NCBI GenBank assembly: GCA_025800205.1
Contig: JAOXSD010000174.1
Span: 9,544 to 73,543 of the forward strand
Source of the DNA: Silicimonas sp.
GTDB lineage: Bacteria; Pseudomonadota; Alphaproteobacteria; Rhodobacterales; Rhodobacteraceae
Direction of reading: 5' to 3'
DNA length: 64,000 bases
Shown: one piece after another, positions 37,023 to 45,307 of the stretch
Position numbering within the stretch: the first letter of the stretch is position 1
Layout: every line of letters starts with the position of its first letter
Notes under the pieces: model-generated
Told to the model about the DNA's origin: nothing
Database searches by the model: none
Seen by the model: the letters and a program-made list of their open reading frames with translations, nothing else
Translations under genes and position numbers: made by a program

Positions 37023-38314
37023 GGCATCTCTCCTTGCACATCGCCCAGGCGGCCTTGTTTCCGGCGGACCGAAATCGTGCCCGTCGCCATGATCATGGCA
37101 GCCAGAAACAAGAGGGCCTCGAACAGGAAAACCGTTCCGAAAGCTGTGGCATCGGGCAGATAGAGCCGGGCGAGATCCACCAGAGCCGCGCCCAGAAGCC
37201 CGCCAAAGCCCGCCGCGATCGCCTGGGCCGCGCCCCACAGACCCATCCGCGTGCCTTCCCGATCCGCCCGCCCTTCGCCGGCCAATTGCATCATCGATCC
37301 GATGGCGGCCACCGCGAACATCCCGTTGAAAAACCCAAGCGCGATCACCGCCGGTGTCAGAAGCGGCAGGCCGGTCTGTCCCAGGGCCGAGATTGCCGCG
37401 AGCGCCAGGGCGGAGCCGAGACAGCCGAGCATCACCCAGCTGCGCAACTGACCCAGGCCAAGGCCGGTGGCCAGAAGACCGACGGTGAGCATGCCCAGAA
37501 ACACGCCGCCGTTCTGTGCGCCGGACAATTGGGTCGACTGGCCAAGGGAGTAGTCGAAGACCAGCCCGGCATAGGGCTCCAGAATCAACTCCTGCATGAA
37601 ATAGGCAGTCATCGCGAGAAAGACGAACAGGGTGAAGCGCCGGGCGCGCGGCTCGCTCCAGACCTTCGCAAGACCTTCGAGGAAGGGGGCGGCGGCCGGC
37701 GCGTCCTTTCTGCGCACGCTGACCCGCGCCTCGATCCCCCAGACCGCCAGCGCGCTGAGAAAAAGGGCGCCGTAGGAGACGCAGGCGACGATGATCAGGA
37801 GGCGGGTCGGCGAATAGGGGTCAAGCAGTGCACCGGTGGTGCCTGCGGTCACCGCGATGCCGAAGATCATCATCAGCCAGGTGATCGTGGCGGCCGCCGC
37901 GCGGCGTCGGGGTGCTGTGGCACTGGCCAGAAGGGCCAGCAGCGAGGTGCCGGCCGCGCCAACGCCGAGGCCGATCAGGCTGTAAGCCAGGATTGACAGA
38001 ATCAGGCCTGTGCCGAAATGCATGGCGAACACCGGGATCGCCGCCGCGGCGATCACCGCGCCGAGCGCGAGGGTGGCCATGCCCGCCAGGATCCAGAAGG
38101 TTCGCCCGTTTCCGGTGTCCGCCCGGTAACCCCAATTGGGCCGGGTGATCTGAATTGCATAATGCAGCGCGACGAGAAAACCGGGCAGGATTGCAGGCAG
38201 AACCAGTTCGACCACCATCACCCGGTTGAGGGTTGAAGTCATCAGAACCACGATCGCGCCAAGGGCCATCTGGACCAGTCCAAGCCGGATGATGGCGCCC
38301 CAGGACAGGGTCAT
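37019..38314 (-). CDS. PucC/LhaA-family (BCD) MFS protein of the bchG-bchP operon (orf428 equivalent)
   Basis: MTLSWGAIIRLGLVQMALGAIVVLMTSTLNRVMVVEL is paralogous to the window's LhaA (LRLSLFQVSVGMAMVMLLGTLNRVMIVEL). 12-TM-like. ATGA overlap with the bchG stop. Confidence 0.85.
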   Translation of the reverse strand: MTLSWGAIIRLGLVQMALGAIVVLMTSTLNRVMVVELVLPAILPGFLVALHYAIQITRPNWGYRADTGNGRTFWILAGMATLALGAVIAAAAIPVFAMHFGTGLILSILAYSLIGLGVGAAGTSLLALLASATAPRRRAAAATITWLMMIFGIAVTAGTTGALLDPYSPTRLLIIVACVSYGALFLSALAVWGIEARVSVRRKDAPAAAPFLEGLAKVWSEPRARRFTLFVFLAMTAYFMQELILEPYAGLVFDYSLGQSTQLSGAQNGGVFLGMLTVGLLATGLGLGQLRSWVMLGCLGSALALAAISALGQTGLPLLTPAVIALGFFNGMFAVAAIGSMMQLAGEGRADREGTRMGLWGAAQAIAAGFGGLLGAALVDLARLYLPDATAFGTVFLFEALLFLAAMIMATGTISVRRKQGRLGDVQGEMP

Positions 38315-39210
38315 GGCAACCCCCGCAAGGCGAGGGCGGACACCATCATGCCAAGGACATAAAGCGTCACGCCCACCTGATTGTACCACGGCGCAAACGC
38401 CTTCGGGTCGCGCAACAGCCGGGACATGGCGAGGATCTGCAGCGCCACCAGCCCGAGCACGATCAGCCCGTGACTCCAGGCGCCCCAGATCAGCAGCATG
38501 GGGATCACCAGACATTGGGCAAGCACCATGGTGATGCAGGCGATCTTGGCGGCGACCTCGGGGCCTTCGCGCACGGGAAGGGAGTGGATGCCGGTTGCCC
38601 GATCCCCTTCGAGAGCCTTGAAATCATTGAGAGTCATGATGCCGTGGGCGCCGAGCGCATAGAGGAGGGCCACCAGCACGATTTCGAAGCGCGGCGCGCC
38701 TGCGGACAGAACTGCTGCACCGGTGAACCAGGGCAGCGCCTCGTAGCAAAGCGCCACCAGACCGGGTCCGATCCAACCCGAGCGTTTGAGCCGCAAAGGC
38801 TCTGCCGAATAGGCCCAGGCGGCAAGGACCGCAAGGCTGGTTGCACCAGCCCCCCAGGGGCCAAGCCCGAGCCCGAGAACAAGGGCAAGGGCGCTCATTG
38901 TCAGCGCGACCCAAAGTCCCCAGCGCCCCGGCACCCGGCCCGAGGGGATCGGCCGGTCTGGCTCGTTGATCGCATCCACATGGCGGTCGCACCAATCATT
39001 GGCCGCCTGACTCATGCCGCAGACCACCGGTCCTGCCAGCAAAAGGCCCAGCACCACCAACCCCGGAGCGTCCGCAAACGAGGCCTGCACTGAAACCAGC
39101 CCGCAAAGATAGGCCCACATGGGCGGAAACCAGGTGATTGGTTTGATCAATCGCAGGAGCGCGGCGGGGTCCGGCCAATGTCGAGAATGTATGTCCCAAG
39201 TGACAGCCAT
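38311..39210 (-). CDS. bchG: Bacteriochlorophyll a synthase BchG (UbiA prenyltransferase family); start uncertain (39210, 39231 or 39246)
   Basis: LLRLIKPITWFPPMWAYLCGLVS...NDWCDRHVDAINEPDRPIPSG (UbiA Asp-rich motif). Confidence 0.88.
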   Translation of the reverse strand: MAVTWDIHSRHWPDPAALLRLIKPITWFPPMWAYLCGLVSVQASFADAPGLVVLGLLLAGPVVCGMSQAANDWCDRHVDAINEPDRPIPSGRVPGRWGLWVALTMSALALVLGLGLGPWGAGATSLAVLAAWAYSAEPLRLKRSGWIGPGLVALCYEALPWFTGAAVLSAGAPRFEIVLVALLYALGAHGIMTLNDFKALEGDRATGIHSLPVREGPEVAAKIACITMVLAQCLVIPMLLIWGAWSHGLIVLGLVALQILAMSRLLRDPKAFAPWYNQVGVTLYVLGMMVSALALRGLP

Positions 39211-39230
39211 AAAGTCAATATGACATGACA
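39188..39230. promoter_or_regulatory. PpsR/CrtJ-type operator pair at the bchG 5' end
   Basis: Perfect TGTatgtcccaagtgACA at 39188-39205. A one-mismatch copy, AGTcaatatgacatgACA, at 39213-39230, 7 nt away. This spacing resembles the crtD/E and bchC tandem sites. Confidence 0.55.
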
Positions 39231-39295
39231 TATTTGATTCAGGCAAGTAATCCTTTGGATCCTGAGCACCCGCGCGCCGATTTGCGAGCCAAGAT

Positions 39296-39331
39296 CCGGA
39301 CCCGCGCCAATCCGGCGCGGGCCGTTTTTTC
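39296..39331 (+). terminator. Intrinsic-terminator-like hairpin between the pseudoazurin gene and bchG (T-tract on the + strand, A-tract on the gene strand)
   Basis: Stem cccgcgcc (39301-39308) / ggcgcggg (39314-39321), loop aatcc, then ccgTTTTTTcc on the + strand. On the minus strand the same hairpin is preceded by AAAAAA and followed only by tccggatctt. Confidence 0.45.
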
Positions 39332-39353
39332 CATTGTTACGGGAAGGGCGCGA

Positions 39354-39851
39354 TCAGCTCGTTTCCTCGGCCAGCATCGCATCGGCGCGGGCGAAGATAT
39401 CTTCATAGCGCTTCTTTTCCTTGCCGCGATAGCGACCGCCCTTGATGTCTTCGAAATTGTCCGAGACATCGCCCACCAACAGCAGCCCGACCATGCCGGC
39501 GGTGCGATGCGGAGTGCAGAAAAAGGCATAGGCGCCGGGCGTGTCGAGCACGACCTCCACATCCTTGCTGATCTTGCCCTTCCAGAGCGTGGCGCCCTCG
39601 GGCGCGCCCTTGGCGGCACAGGTGGAGTTGTGGCCCTTGTCGGTGGCCACAAAGCGGATCGTGTCGCCGACCTTGGCGCGCACCAGATCAGGATAGAACA
39701 CCTGACGTTCCTTGCTGTTTTCGGGATGCTTGTTCAGCATCTGGATCTCGATCACCTGCGGATCGTCGCTGGCGGACAGGGCGGCCGGCGTCAGAGTGGC
39801 GGCGGCAGCGGCGCCGAGGAACACCAGATGATCGCGTCGCGTGTGTTGCAT
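39354..39851 (-). CDS. Pseudoazurin (type-1 blue copper protein) with a twin-arginine-like signal peptide
   Basis: VIEIQMLNKHPENSKERQVFYPDLVRAKVGDTIRFVATDKGHNS...PGAYAFFCTPHRTAGMVGLLLVGD. Carries the His/Cys/His/Met copper ligand set and the C-terminal helical extension typical of pseudoazurin. N-terminus MQHTRRDHLVFLGAAAAATLTPAALSA. Confidence 0.85.
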   Translation of the reverse strand: MQHTRRDHLVFLGAAAAATLTPAALSASDDPQVIEIQMLNKHPENSKERQVFYPDLVRAKVGDTIRFVATDKGHNSTCAAKGAPEGATLWKGKISKDVEVVLDTPGAYAFFCTPHRTAGMVGLLLVGDVSDNFEDIKGGRYRGKEKKRYEDIFARADAMLAEETS

Positions 39852-39945
39852 GGTCTTCTTTCTCCCTTTTCAAAAACAACCGGGCAATCTGCCCTTTCCG
39901 GCCCATGACCTATGGCGTCCGGCGCCAAAGACAATTCACATCCCC

Positions 39946-41166
39946 TCACGCCACCATCCGCGACAGGGCGCAGTGCGACCACAGCGCGTCGAGCGCTTCG
40001 ATCAGATGGGCGATGTCGGCATCGCTGTGGAGCGGCGATGGCGTGATGCGCAGCCGCTCTTCGCCCTTCGGCACGGTGGGGTAATTGATCGGCTGCACAT
40101 AAATCCCCCATTGCTCCATCAGCATGTCACTGATCATCCGGCATTTCACCGGGTTGCCGATCATCACCGGGATGATGTGGCTGGGGTTGTCCATATGCGG
40201 GATGCCGCGGGCATCGAGGGCGGCGCGGATCGTGGCGACCCGTTCCTTTTGGCGCGCCCTCTCGATCTGGCTGGTCTTCAGATGGCGGATCGAGGCACAG
40301 GCGGCTGCCGCAATCGCCGGCGGCAGGGCGGTGGTGAAGATGAAGCCGCTGGCAAAGGAGCGGACGAAATCGCACAACGCAGCGGACCCGGTGATATAGC
40401 CGCCCATGCAGCCATAGGCCTTGCCGAGCGTGCCTTCGATCAGCGTCACCCGGTCCATCACGCCCTCGCGTTCCGCCACGCCGCCGCCGCGCGGGCCATA
40501 CATGCCCACCGCATGCACCTCATCAAGATAGGTCATGGCGCCAAAGCGCTCGGCCACGTCGCAGATCTCGGCAATGGGCGCGATATCGCCATCCATGGAA
40601 TAGACGCTTTCAAAGGCGACAATCTTCGGCCGGTCGGGATCGATCGCGGAAAGCTTGCGTGCCAGATCCTCCACGTCGTTATGGGACCAGATCACCTTTT
40701 CGGCCCGCGAATGGCGGATGCCCTCGATCATCGAAGCGTGGTTGAGCGCATCCGACAGGATCACCGCATTGGGCAGCCGCGCGCCCAGGGTCGACAGCGC
40801 GGCCCAGTTCGACACATAGCCGGAGGTGAAGAGAAGGGCCGCTTCCTTGCCGTGAAGATCGGCCAGTTCGCGTTCCAGCAGCAGGTGGTGATGGTTGGTG
40901 CCCGAGATATTGCGGGTGCCGCCCGCGCCGGTGCCGCAGGCCTCCACCGTACGGGTCATGGCCGCGATCACATCGGGGTGCTGCCCCATGCCGAGGTAAT
41001 CGTTGGAACACCAGACGGTGACGTCGCGGGTGCCGCCTTCGAAGTGATTGGTGGCGCGAGGGAAAGCGCCGCACTGGCGTTCGAGATCGGCGAAGATGCG
41101 GTAATTGCCCTCGTCGCGCAACCGCTCGAGCGCGTCGGTAAAGAGCGTGTCATATTCCATTGGCAT
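39946..41166 (-). CDS. hemA: 5-aminolevulinate synthase
   Basis: [17 protein letters not shown]...[14 protein letters not shown]...HASMIEGI...ESVYSMDGD...GTLGKA (PLP Lys). 406 aa. The start overlaps the puhE 3' end. Confidence 0.93.
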   Translation of the reverse strand: MPMEYDTLFTDALERLRDEGNYRIFADLERQCGAFPRATNHFEGGTRDVTVWCSNDYLGMGQHPDVIAAMTRTVEACGTGAGGTRNISGTNHHHLLLERELADLHGKEAALLFTSGYVSNWAALSTLGARLPNAVILSDALNHASMIEGIRHSRAEKVIWSHNDVEDLARKLSAIDPDRPKIVAFESVYSMDGDIAPIAEICDVAERFGAMTYLDEVHAVGMYGPRGGGVAEREGVMDRVTLIEGTLGKAYGCMGGYITGSAALCDFVRSFASGFIFTTALPPAIAAAACASIRHLKTSQIERARQKERVATIRAALDARGIPHMDNPSHIIPVMIGNPVKCRMISDMLMEQWGIYVQPINYPTVPKGEERLRITPSPLHSDADIAHLIEALDALWSHCALSRMVA

Positions 41167-41959
41167 CCTCCTTGAAGGGCTTTGGCCGCGCCGGACGCCC
41201 GCCTGCGGGCAGCATCCAGCGCCAGAGTTTGTCGTCGGGCAGGGGCAGGATCATCAGCAGATGTTCCAGCAGCGCCAGGCCGGCGAGGGTGGCGAGCAGA
41301 ACGTGGCGCGGCGCGGCGCTTTCGGCCCCGCGCAGTGCAGCGGCCAGCATCGCCCAGAGCAACAGCGCAAGCGACAGAGGCATCAGCCAGGTCATGGGCC
41401 GGATGCGGAAATGGCTGGGCAGATGGGCGAGCGGGCGCGGCAGCAGGTCACCATGGACCCGGGGCACGCCGAAAAAAAGATTGAGTTTGGCGGAGATGCG
41501 CGCGGCGAAAAGCAATGAGAAGATCAAAAGGCCGGTGGAGTTGGCCGCCCCGTCGCTCAGGTGAAAGATCGCCAGCAGGGCAAGAACCAGCGCGGCCTCG
41601 TGGTAGGCGACGGTGCCGAAGCCGCTCCAGAACCGCGCCCAGCCGGAAAGCCCCGGCGGGCAAGGCAGCGGGGCGGGTCCGGTGATTGCTCCGGTGAGAA
41701 AGGCCAGTTCGATCCAGCCCCAGATTGCCAGGGCGCCGAAGAAGCCCAGATAGTCGCCCAGGGCACCCGGATCGGAAAGCGAAAGCGTCAGGGCCAGCGC
41801 GCCCGCACCCAGCACCGGCAGGCTCATCAGGCAAAGCATCCGCTGTGCTCCCGGCCCGCCCCGGTCGGCCAAAGCCACCGCACGCAGGATGACCCCGGTG
41901 GAGGCCCACCAGGCGGCGGCCGCCACCAGAAGCGCGACCCAGGGAGCGCCCGGGCTCAT
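41150..41959 (-). CDS. puhE: Photosynthetic complex assembly protein PuhE (DUF3623)
   Basis: 269-aa polytopic membrane protein downstream of acs[13 protein letters not shown]... Conserved PGC position acsF-puhE-hemA. Confidence 0.8.
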   Translation of the reverse strand: MSPGAPWVALLVAAAAWWASTGVILRAVALADRGGPGAQRMLCLMSLPVLGAGALALTLSLSDPGALGDYLGFFGALAIWGWIELAFLTGAITGPAPLPCPPGLSGWARFWSGFGTVAYHEAALVLALLAIFHLSDGAANSTGLLIFSLLFAARISAKLNLFFGVPRVHGDLLPRPLAHLPSHFRIRPMTWLMPLSLALLLWAMLAAALRGAESAAPRHVLLATLAGLALLEHLLMILPLPDDKLWRWMLPAGGRPARPKPFKEDANGI

Positions 41960-41996
41960 GACCCGCGCGCCCGCGCCAGACGGAACGCCGCGCCGG

Positions 41997-43121
41997 TCAA
42001 TAGGCCGGTTCCAACCGCACCGAGGCCGGCACCTCGTTGCGGAGCGCGGGGATTGTCAGAAGTGCGACGAAGGCCCGCCCGGCGCGCGCCGCCGCCCAGA
42101 CCGCGCGCAGACGTCCGGTGATGCCGCCTGCCTTACGGGCTGCATCAAGATCGACATTGGCGCGTCTCATCGCTTCCAGTCGCGGCTGCCATTTCGGATG
42201 ATCGATATCGAGGGTGATCGGAAAGATCTGGCGCGAGATTTCCGAGGTCTTGGCAAACACTTCCTGCCCGTACCAGGCGGGATCGACGCCGAGGGCGGCG
42301 TGAAAGGCGGGGCGCTGATGATCGCGCACCCACATGGTGGAATAGACGGCGGTGAGGAAGAACTTGATCCAGAAGACGTTCCGCCCCCGGGTCAGATGGG
42401 GGTTGGCCTTCATCAGAAGGGCGAAGGCCTCGCCGTGGCTGAACTCATCGTTGCACCATTCGCGGAACCATTTGAAAATCGGATGGAAACGATATTCGGG
42501 ATGCGCCTCAAGATGGCGGAAGATCGTGATGTAGCGCGCATAGCCGATCTTCTCGGAGAGATAGGTGGCGTAGTAGATGAACTTCGGCTTGAAGTAGGTG
42601 TATTTCTTCGCCTTGGTCAGAAAGCCCAGATTGACCGAAATGCCGGCCTCGCGCAGGGCGTCATTGATGAACCCCGCATGCCGGGCTTCATCGCGCGACA
42701 TGAATTTGAACAATTCGCAGATGTCCGGATTGGTGCCGCGCCGCTTCATTTCCTTGTAAAGCACACAGCCCGAAAATTCGGCGGTGCAGGATGAGATCAG
42801 AAAATCGATGAACTCCGCGCGCAGGCCGGGCTCCATCCCGTCCCAGTCGATCTGCTCCCAGTCTTCGGTCTTCTTGAAATGGCCCCGGTTCGGATCGGCA
42901 CGCATCTGATCGAGAAGAGCATCCCAATCGGCGCGCACGGGGTCCACATTCAGCGCATCCATTTCGTCGAAATCGGTGGTGTAGAAACGCGGGGTCAGCA
43001 GGGTGTTCTGCATCGCCACTTCGGTCGCGCTTTCACTGTCATGCACCGCCTGGGCGGCCTGGATGGCCAGACCTTCCTCGGCGGTTTCCGCATCAGCGCT
43101 GTGTTTGGCATGCATGTTCAT
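41997..43121 (-). CDS. acsF: Aerobic Mg-protoporphyrin IX monomethyl ester oxidative cyclase AcsF
   Basis: Di-iron ExxH motifs: CTAEFSGCVLYKE, SRDEARHAGF and NDEFSHGEAF. ATG at 43121 after a ggagg SD, forming an ATGA overlap with orf98. Confidence 0.92.
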   Translation of the reverse strand: MNMHAKHSADAETAEEGLAIQAAQAVHDSESATEVAMQNTLLTPRFYTTDFDEMDALNVDPVRADWDALLDQMRADPNRGHFKKTEDWEQIDWDGMEPGLRAEFIDFLISSCTAEFSGCVLYKEMKRRGTNPDICELFKFMSRDEARHAGFINDALREAGISVNLGFLTKAKKYTYFKPKFIYYATYLSEKIGYARYITIFRHLEAHPEYRFHPIFKWFREWCNDEFSHGEAFALLMKANPHLTRGRNVFWIKFFLTAVYSTMWVRDHQRPAFHAALGVDPAWYGQEVFAKTSEISRQIFPITLDIDHPKWQPRLEAMRRANVDLDAARKAGGITGRLRAVWAAARAGRAFVALLTIPALRNEVPASVRLEPAY

Positions 43122-43414
43122 GGGGTGACCTCCTCGGAAAAGGAAAATTCGCAAAGTTCCATGTATTCCAGATTGCCGGTGAGCCGGGTCCAGAGGGATT
43201 CAAGCCGCGACGCCCGGGTGATGGTCGCCATCCGCGCCTCGCGGATCACCGCGCCGAACGGCGCGAGGACGGGCGGGCCATGGACCAGCACTTCGTCGCC
43301 CGGATGGATCACCGCACCATTGTCGAGCCGCACATGGGCGCTCAATTCCTCGAACCGGTGGCTGATTTCGACCGTGCAGGGTGCGGTTTCGGTGCTGCGG
43401 GTAAATAGACCCAT
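43118..43414 (-). CDS. Conserved-position hypothetical protein (98 aa) between puhC and acsF
   Basis: Intact ORF MGLFTRSTETAPCTVEISHRFEELSAHVRLDNGAVIHPGDEVLVHGPP... The start is 1 nt from the puhC stop, and its stop overlaps the acsF ATG. No TM segment or recognisable motif. Confidence 0.6.
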   Translation of the reverse strand: MGLFTRSTETAPCTVEISHRFEELSAHVRLDNGAVIHPGDEVLVHGPPVLAPFGAVIREARMATITRASRLESLWTRLTGNLEYMELCEFSFSEEVTP

Positions 43415-43415
43415 T

Positions 43416-43895
43416 CTAGCCTCCTTTGGGTTGCGTGATCAGGGCGCGCCAGCGGGCTGCGCCTTCGTCTCCGAACATGGTCAGCTCGATCGCCCAGCCA
43501 GTGGCGGGATCGGCAAGCTGCAGCCGGTCGTTGGCATACTGGCGCAGCAGCACCGGCGGGTTGTCCGTCACCCCGTGGCGGCGGCGTTCAAAGGCGAGCC
43601 CGGAGCGCACGACGGTGAGAAATCCGCCGGACTCCGTTTCCAGAAGCATGCGGCCCTCCGGACTGCGCACGGTAATCTGCGCGCCGTCGCCTGCAAGCAC
43701 CAGGGCACGTTCGCTCATCAGGGCGGCCACTTTCGGCTGACCCAGCTTGGGACGCTCGGTGAGCACCGCGAAACTGACCAGGCCAAGGGTGAAGATCACC
43801 AGGGCAGCCATGGCCTGCAAAAGCCGAACCGGGATCAGCTCGCGGCTTTCGCGCCGTGCGGCATGGCGGGTTTCGGCGTCGACGATCAGTCTCAT
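43416..43895 (-). CDS. puhC: Photosynthetic complex assembly protein PuhC
   Basis: MRLIVDAETRHAARRESRELIPVRLLQAMAALVIFTLGLVSFAVL..., one TM plus a periplasmic domain, 159 aa. ATGA overlap with the puhB stop. The 343-aa track ORF is an extension across puhB. Confidence 0.8.
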   Translation of the reverse strand: MRLIVDAETRHAARRESRELIPVRLLQAMAALVIFTLGLVSFAVLTERPKLGQPKVAALMSERALVLAGDGAQITVRSPEGRMLLETESGGFLTVVRSGLAFERRRHGVTDNPPVLLRQYANDRLQLADPATGWAIELTMFGDEGAARWRALITQPKGG

Positions 43896-44521
43896 GCGGG
43901 CACCTCCTGTCGCTGCGGCGCGACCGAGACCTGTGGCTGGTGCAGCCGGGTTTCCGCCGCTTCTGCCAACAGGCGCGCCACAACCTCGGCCTCGGGAATG
44001 CAGCGCAGCGCCGGTTGCGGCTGGCGGAAATGCCAGGGTCGCAGATGGGGCCAGAGCATGGCGCGCGAGATCCGCGTCTCGGTCACCGGCGTCAGCGCAA
44101 TCGTGCCGCTGCCGTCGCGCCGGGTGATCAGATTGGCCGCGGCCAGACGTGCAAAGGGCAGGTTGAGCGTCAGGTTGAGCGCCGCGCCGATCCGCATCAC
44201 CACCCGGGCGCTGGTGATCGTGTAAAGCGTCGCGCGGGCTTGCAGCCAGGCCAGACCAAGCACCAGGCCGCAGGCCAGCGCCCCCAGCAAAAGGGGCGGC
44301 ACCCCGGTGCCAAGCGCCTCGGCAAGGGGCCGGTCCGTCGCACTGACAGCGATACGCCAGAGGGCCAGCACCAGAAAATAACCGCAGATCCAGCCCAGCC
44401 CCATGGCTTCGATCGCCAGCCGCCAAAGGCGAGGTCGCCCCTGCCACAGGATCACCTCGCCCGCGGGCAGGGTCTCGGCCAGGCCCGGCACCGGTTCGGT
44501 GTGGAAATCAGGATGCGCCAT
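43892..44521 (-). CDS. puhB: Photosynthetic complex assembly protein PuhB
   Basis: 209 aa. EPVPGLAETLPAGEVILWQGRPRLWRLAIEAMGL..., TM segments. Position directly after puhA. Confidence 0.8.
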   Translation of the reverse strand: MAHPDFHTEPVPGLAETLPAGEVILWQGRPRLWRLAIEAMGLGWICGYFLVLALWRIAVSATDRPLAEALGTGVPPLLLGALACGLVLGLAWLQARATLYTITSARVVMRIGAALNLTLNLPFARLAAANLITRRDGSGTIALTPVTETRISRAMLWPHLRPWHFRQPQPALRCIPEAEVVARLLAEAAETRLHQPQVSVAPQRQEVPA

Positions 44522-44545
44522 GGTGCTGTCCCCCGTGTTGCCAGC

Positions 44546-45292
44546 TCAGGAATAAAGCGTGCCGCCGGCGTACCAGGCGGAGATCTTTTCCTCGTCGAGG
44601 AGCGTCAGCTGCCCCGCATGTCCCGGCTGCGGCACGCCGTCAAAGCGCGTGGAATGGAGCGAGGCGACCTGTACCCATTTCGGCTTGATCCGCGCCATCG
44701 GCATCGGCACCAGCCGCGTGCCGCGGCCGTGTTCGGGCTCCAGCGTCACCTCCAGATAACGGATCAGCGCCTCGGGCTTGTCGACCCAGAGATCGGTCAC
44801 ATGGCCGATCACCTGATCATCCTTCGACAGCACCGGCAGCCCCATGGGATCGCGCCCGGCAGAGACGCGGAATTCCGGTGCGCTGGTCATCGGCACGATC
44901 TTGATCTGTCCGTGGCCGTCAAGCTCCGGCACATCCCGGCGCGGCGCCCAGGACGCGGGGCCGACCCCATCCGCCATCGGATCGCCGGTGGGCAGGAACG
45001 GATAGCCATTGGCGCCATTGCTGCGGGCCAGCGCCAGATCGTCCCGGTCGCCGCGCGCGCCCGACGGAACCGTCAGGCTGCCGCGCCCGTCGCGCAACAG
45101 GAAGGTCTTGTCCTTGGGCAGCGGAAAGGGCCCCTGGTTCGCGGCCGGGTTGCCCTCCTCGTCCTCGAGAGGGAAGCCCTCGCGCATGTTCTCGGTCTGC
45201 AGGTAGAAGATCAGCCCGGCGAAAAAGATCCAGAAGGCCCAGATCGCCGCGCTGGCCAGGTCAAAGTTTCCGAAAAATTCCACACCAACCAT
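44546..45292 (-). CDS. puhA: Photosynthetic reaction centre H subunit
   Basis: MVGVEFFGNFDLASAAIWAFWIFFAGLIFYLQTENMREGFPLE..., with a PRC-barrel C-terminal domain. 248 aa. Confidence 0.93.
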   Translation of the reverse strand: MVGVEFFGNFDLASAAIWAFWIFFAGLIFYLQTENMREGFPLEDEEGNPAANQGPFPLPKDKTFLLRDGRGSLTVPSGARGDRDDLALARSNGANGYPFLPTGDPMADGVGPASWAPRRDVPELDGHGQIKIVPMTSAPEFRVSAGRDPMGLPVLSKDDQVIGHVTDLWVDKPEALIRYLEVTLEPEHGRGTRLVPMPMARIKPKWVQVASLHSTRFDGVPQPGHAGQLTLLDEEKISAWYAGGTLYS

Positions 45293-45307
45293 TTTGATGT
45301 CCTCCGA

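Noticed and set aside
43896-44447. N-terminal 184 residues of the 343-aa track ORF that ends as PuhC
   Set aside because: The extension overlaps puhB in another frame and is Ala/Gly/Arg-rich. The ATG at 43895 gives a normal 159-aa PuhC with an ATGA overlap to puhB. Similar upstream extensions were trimmed for bchO (to 15141), bchP (to 37022), the MFS gene (to 38314), bchH (to 51851), crtB, thiG, thiE, the thi binding protein, the thi permease, bchC, bchX, bchF, the aldo-keto reductase and the ureohydrolase.
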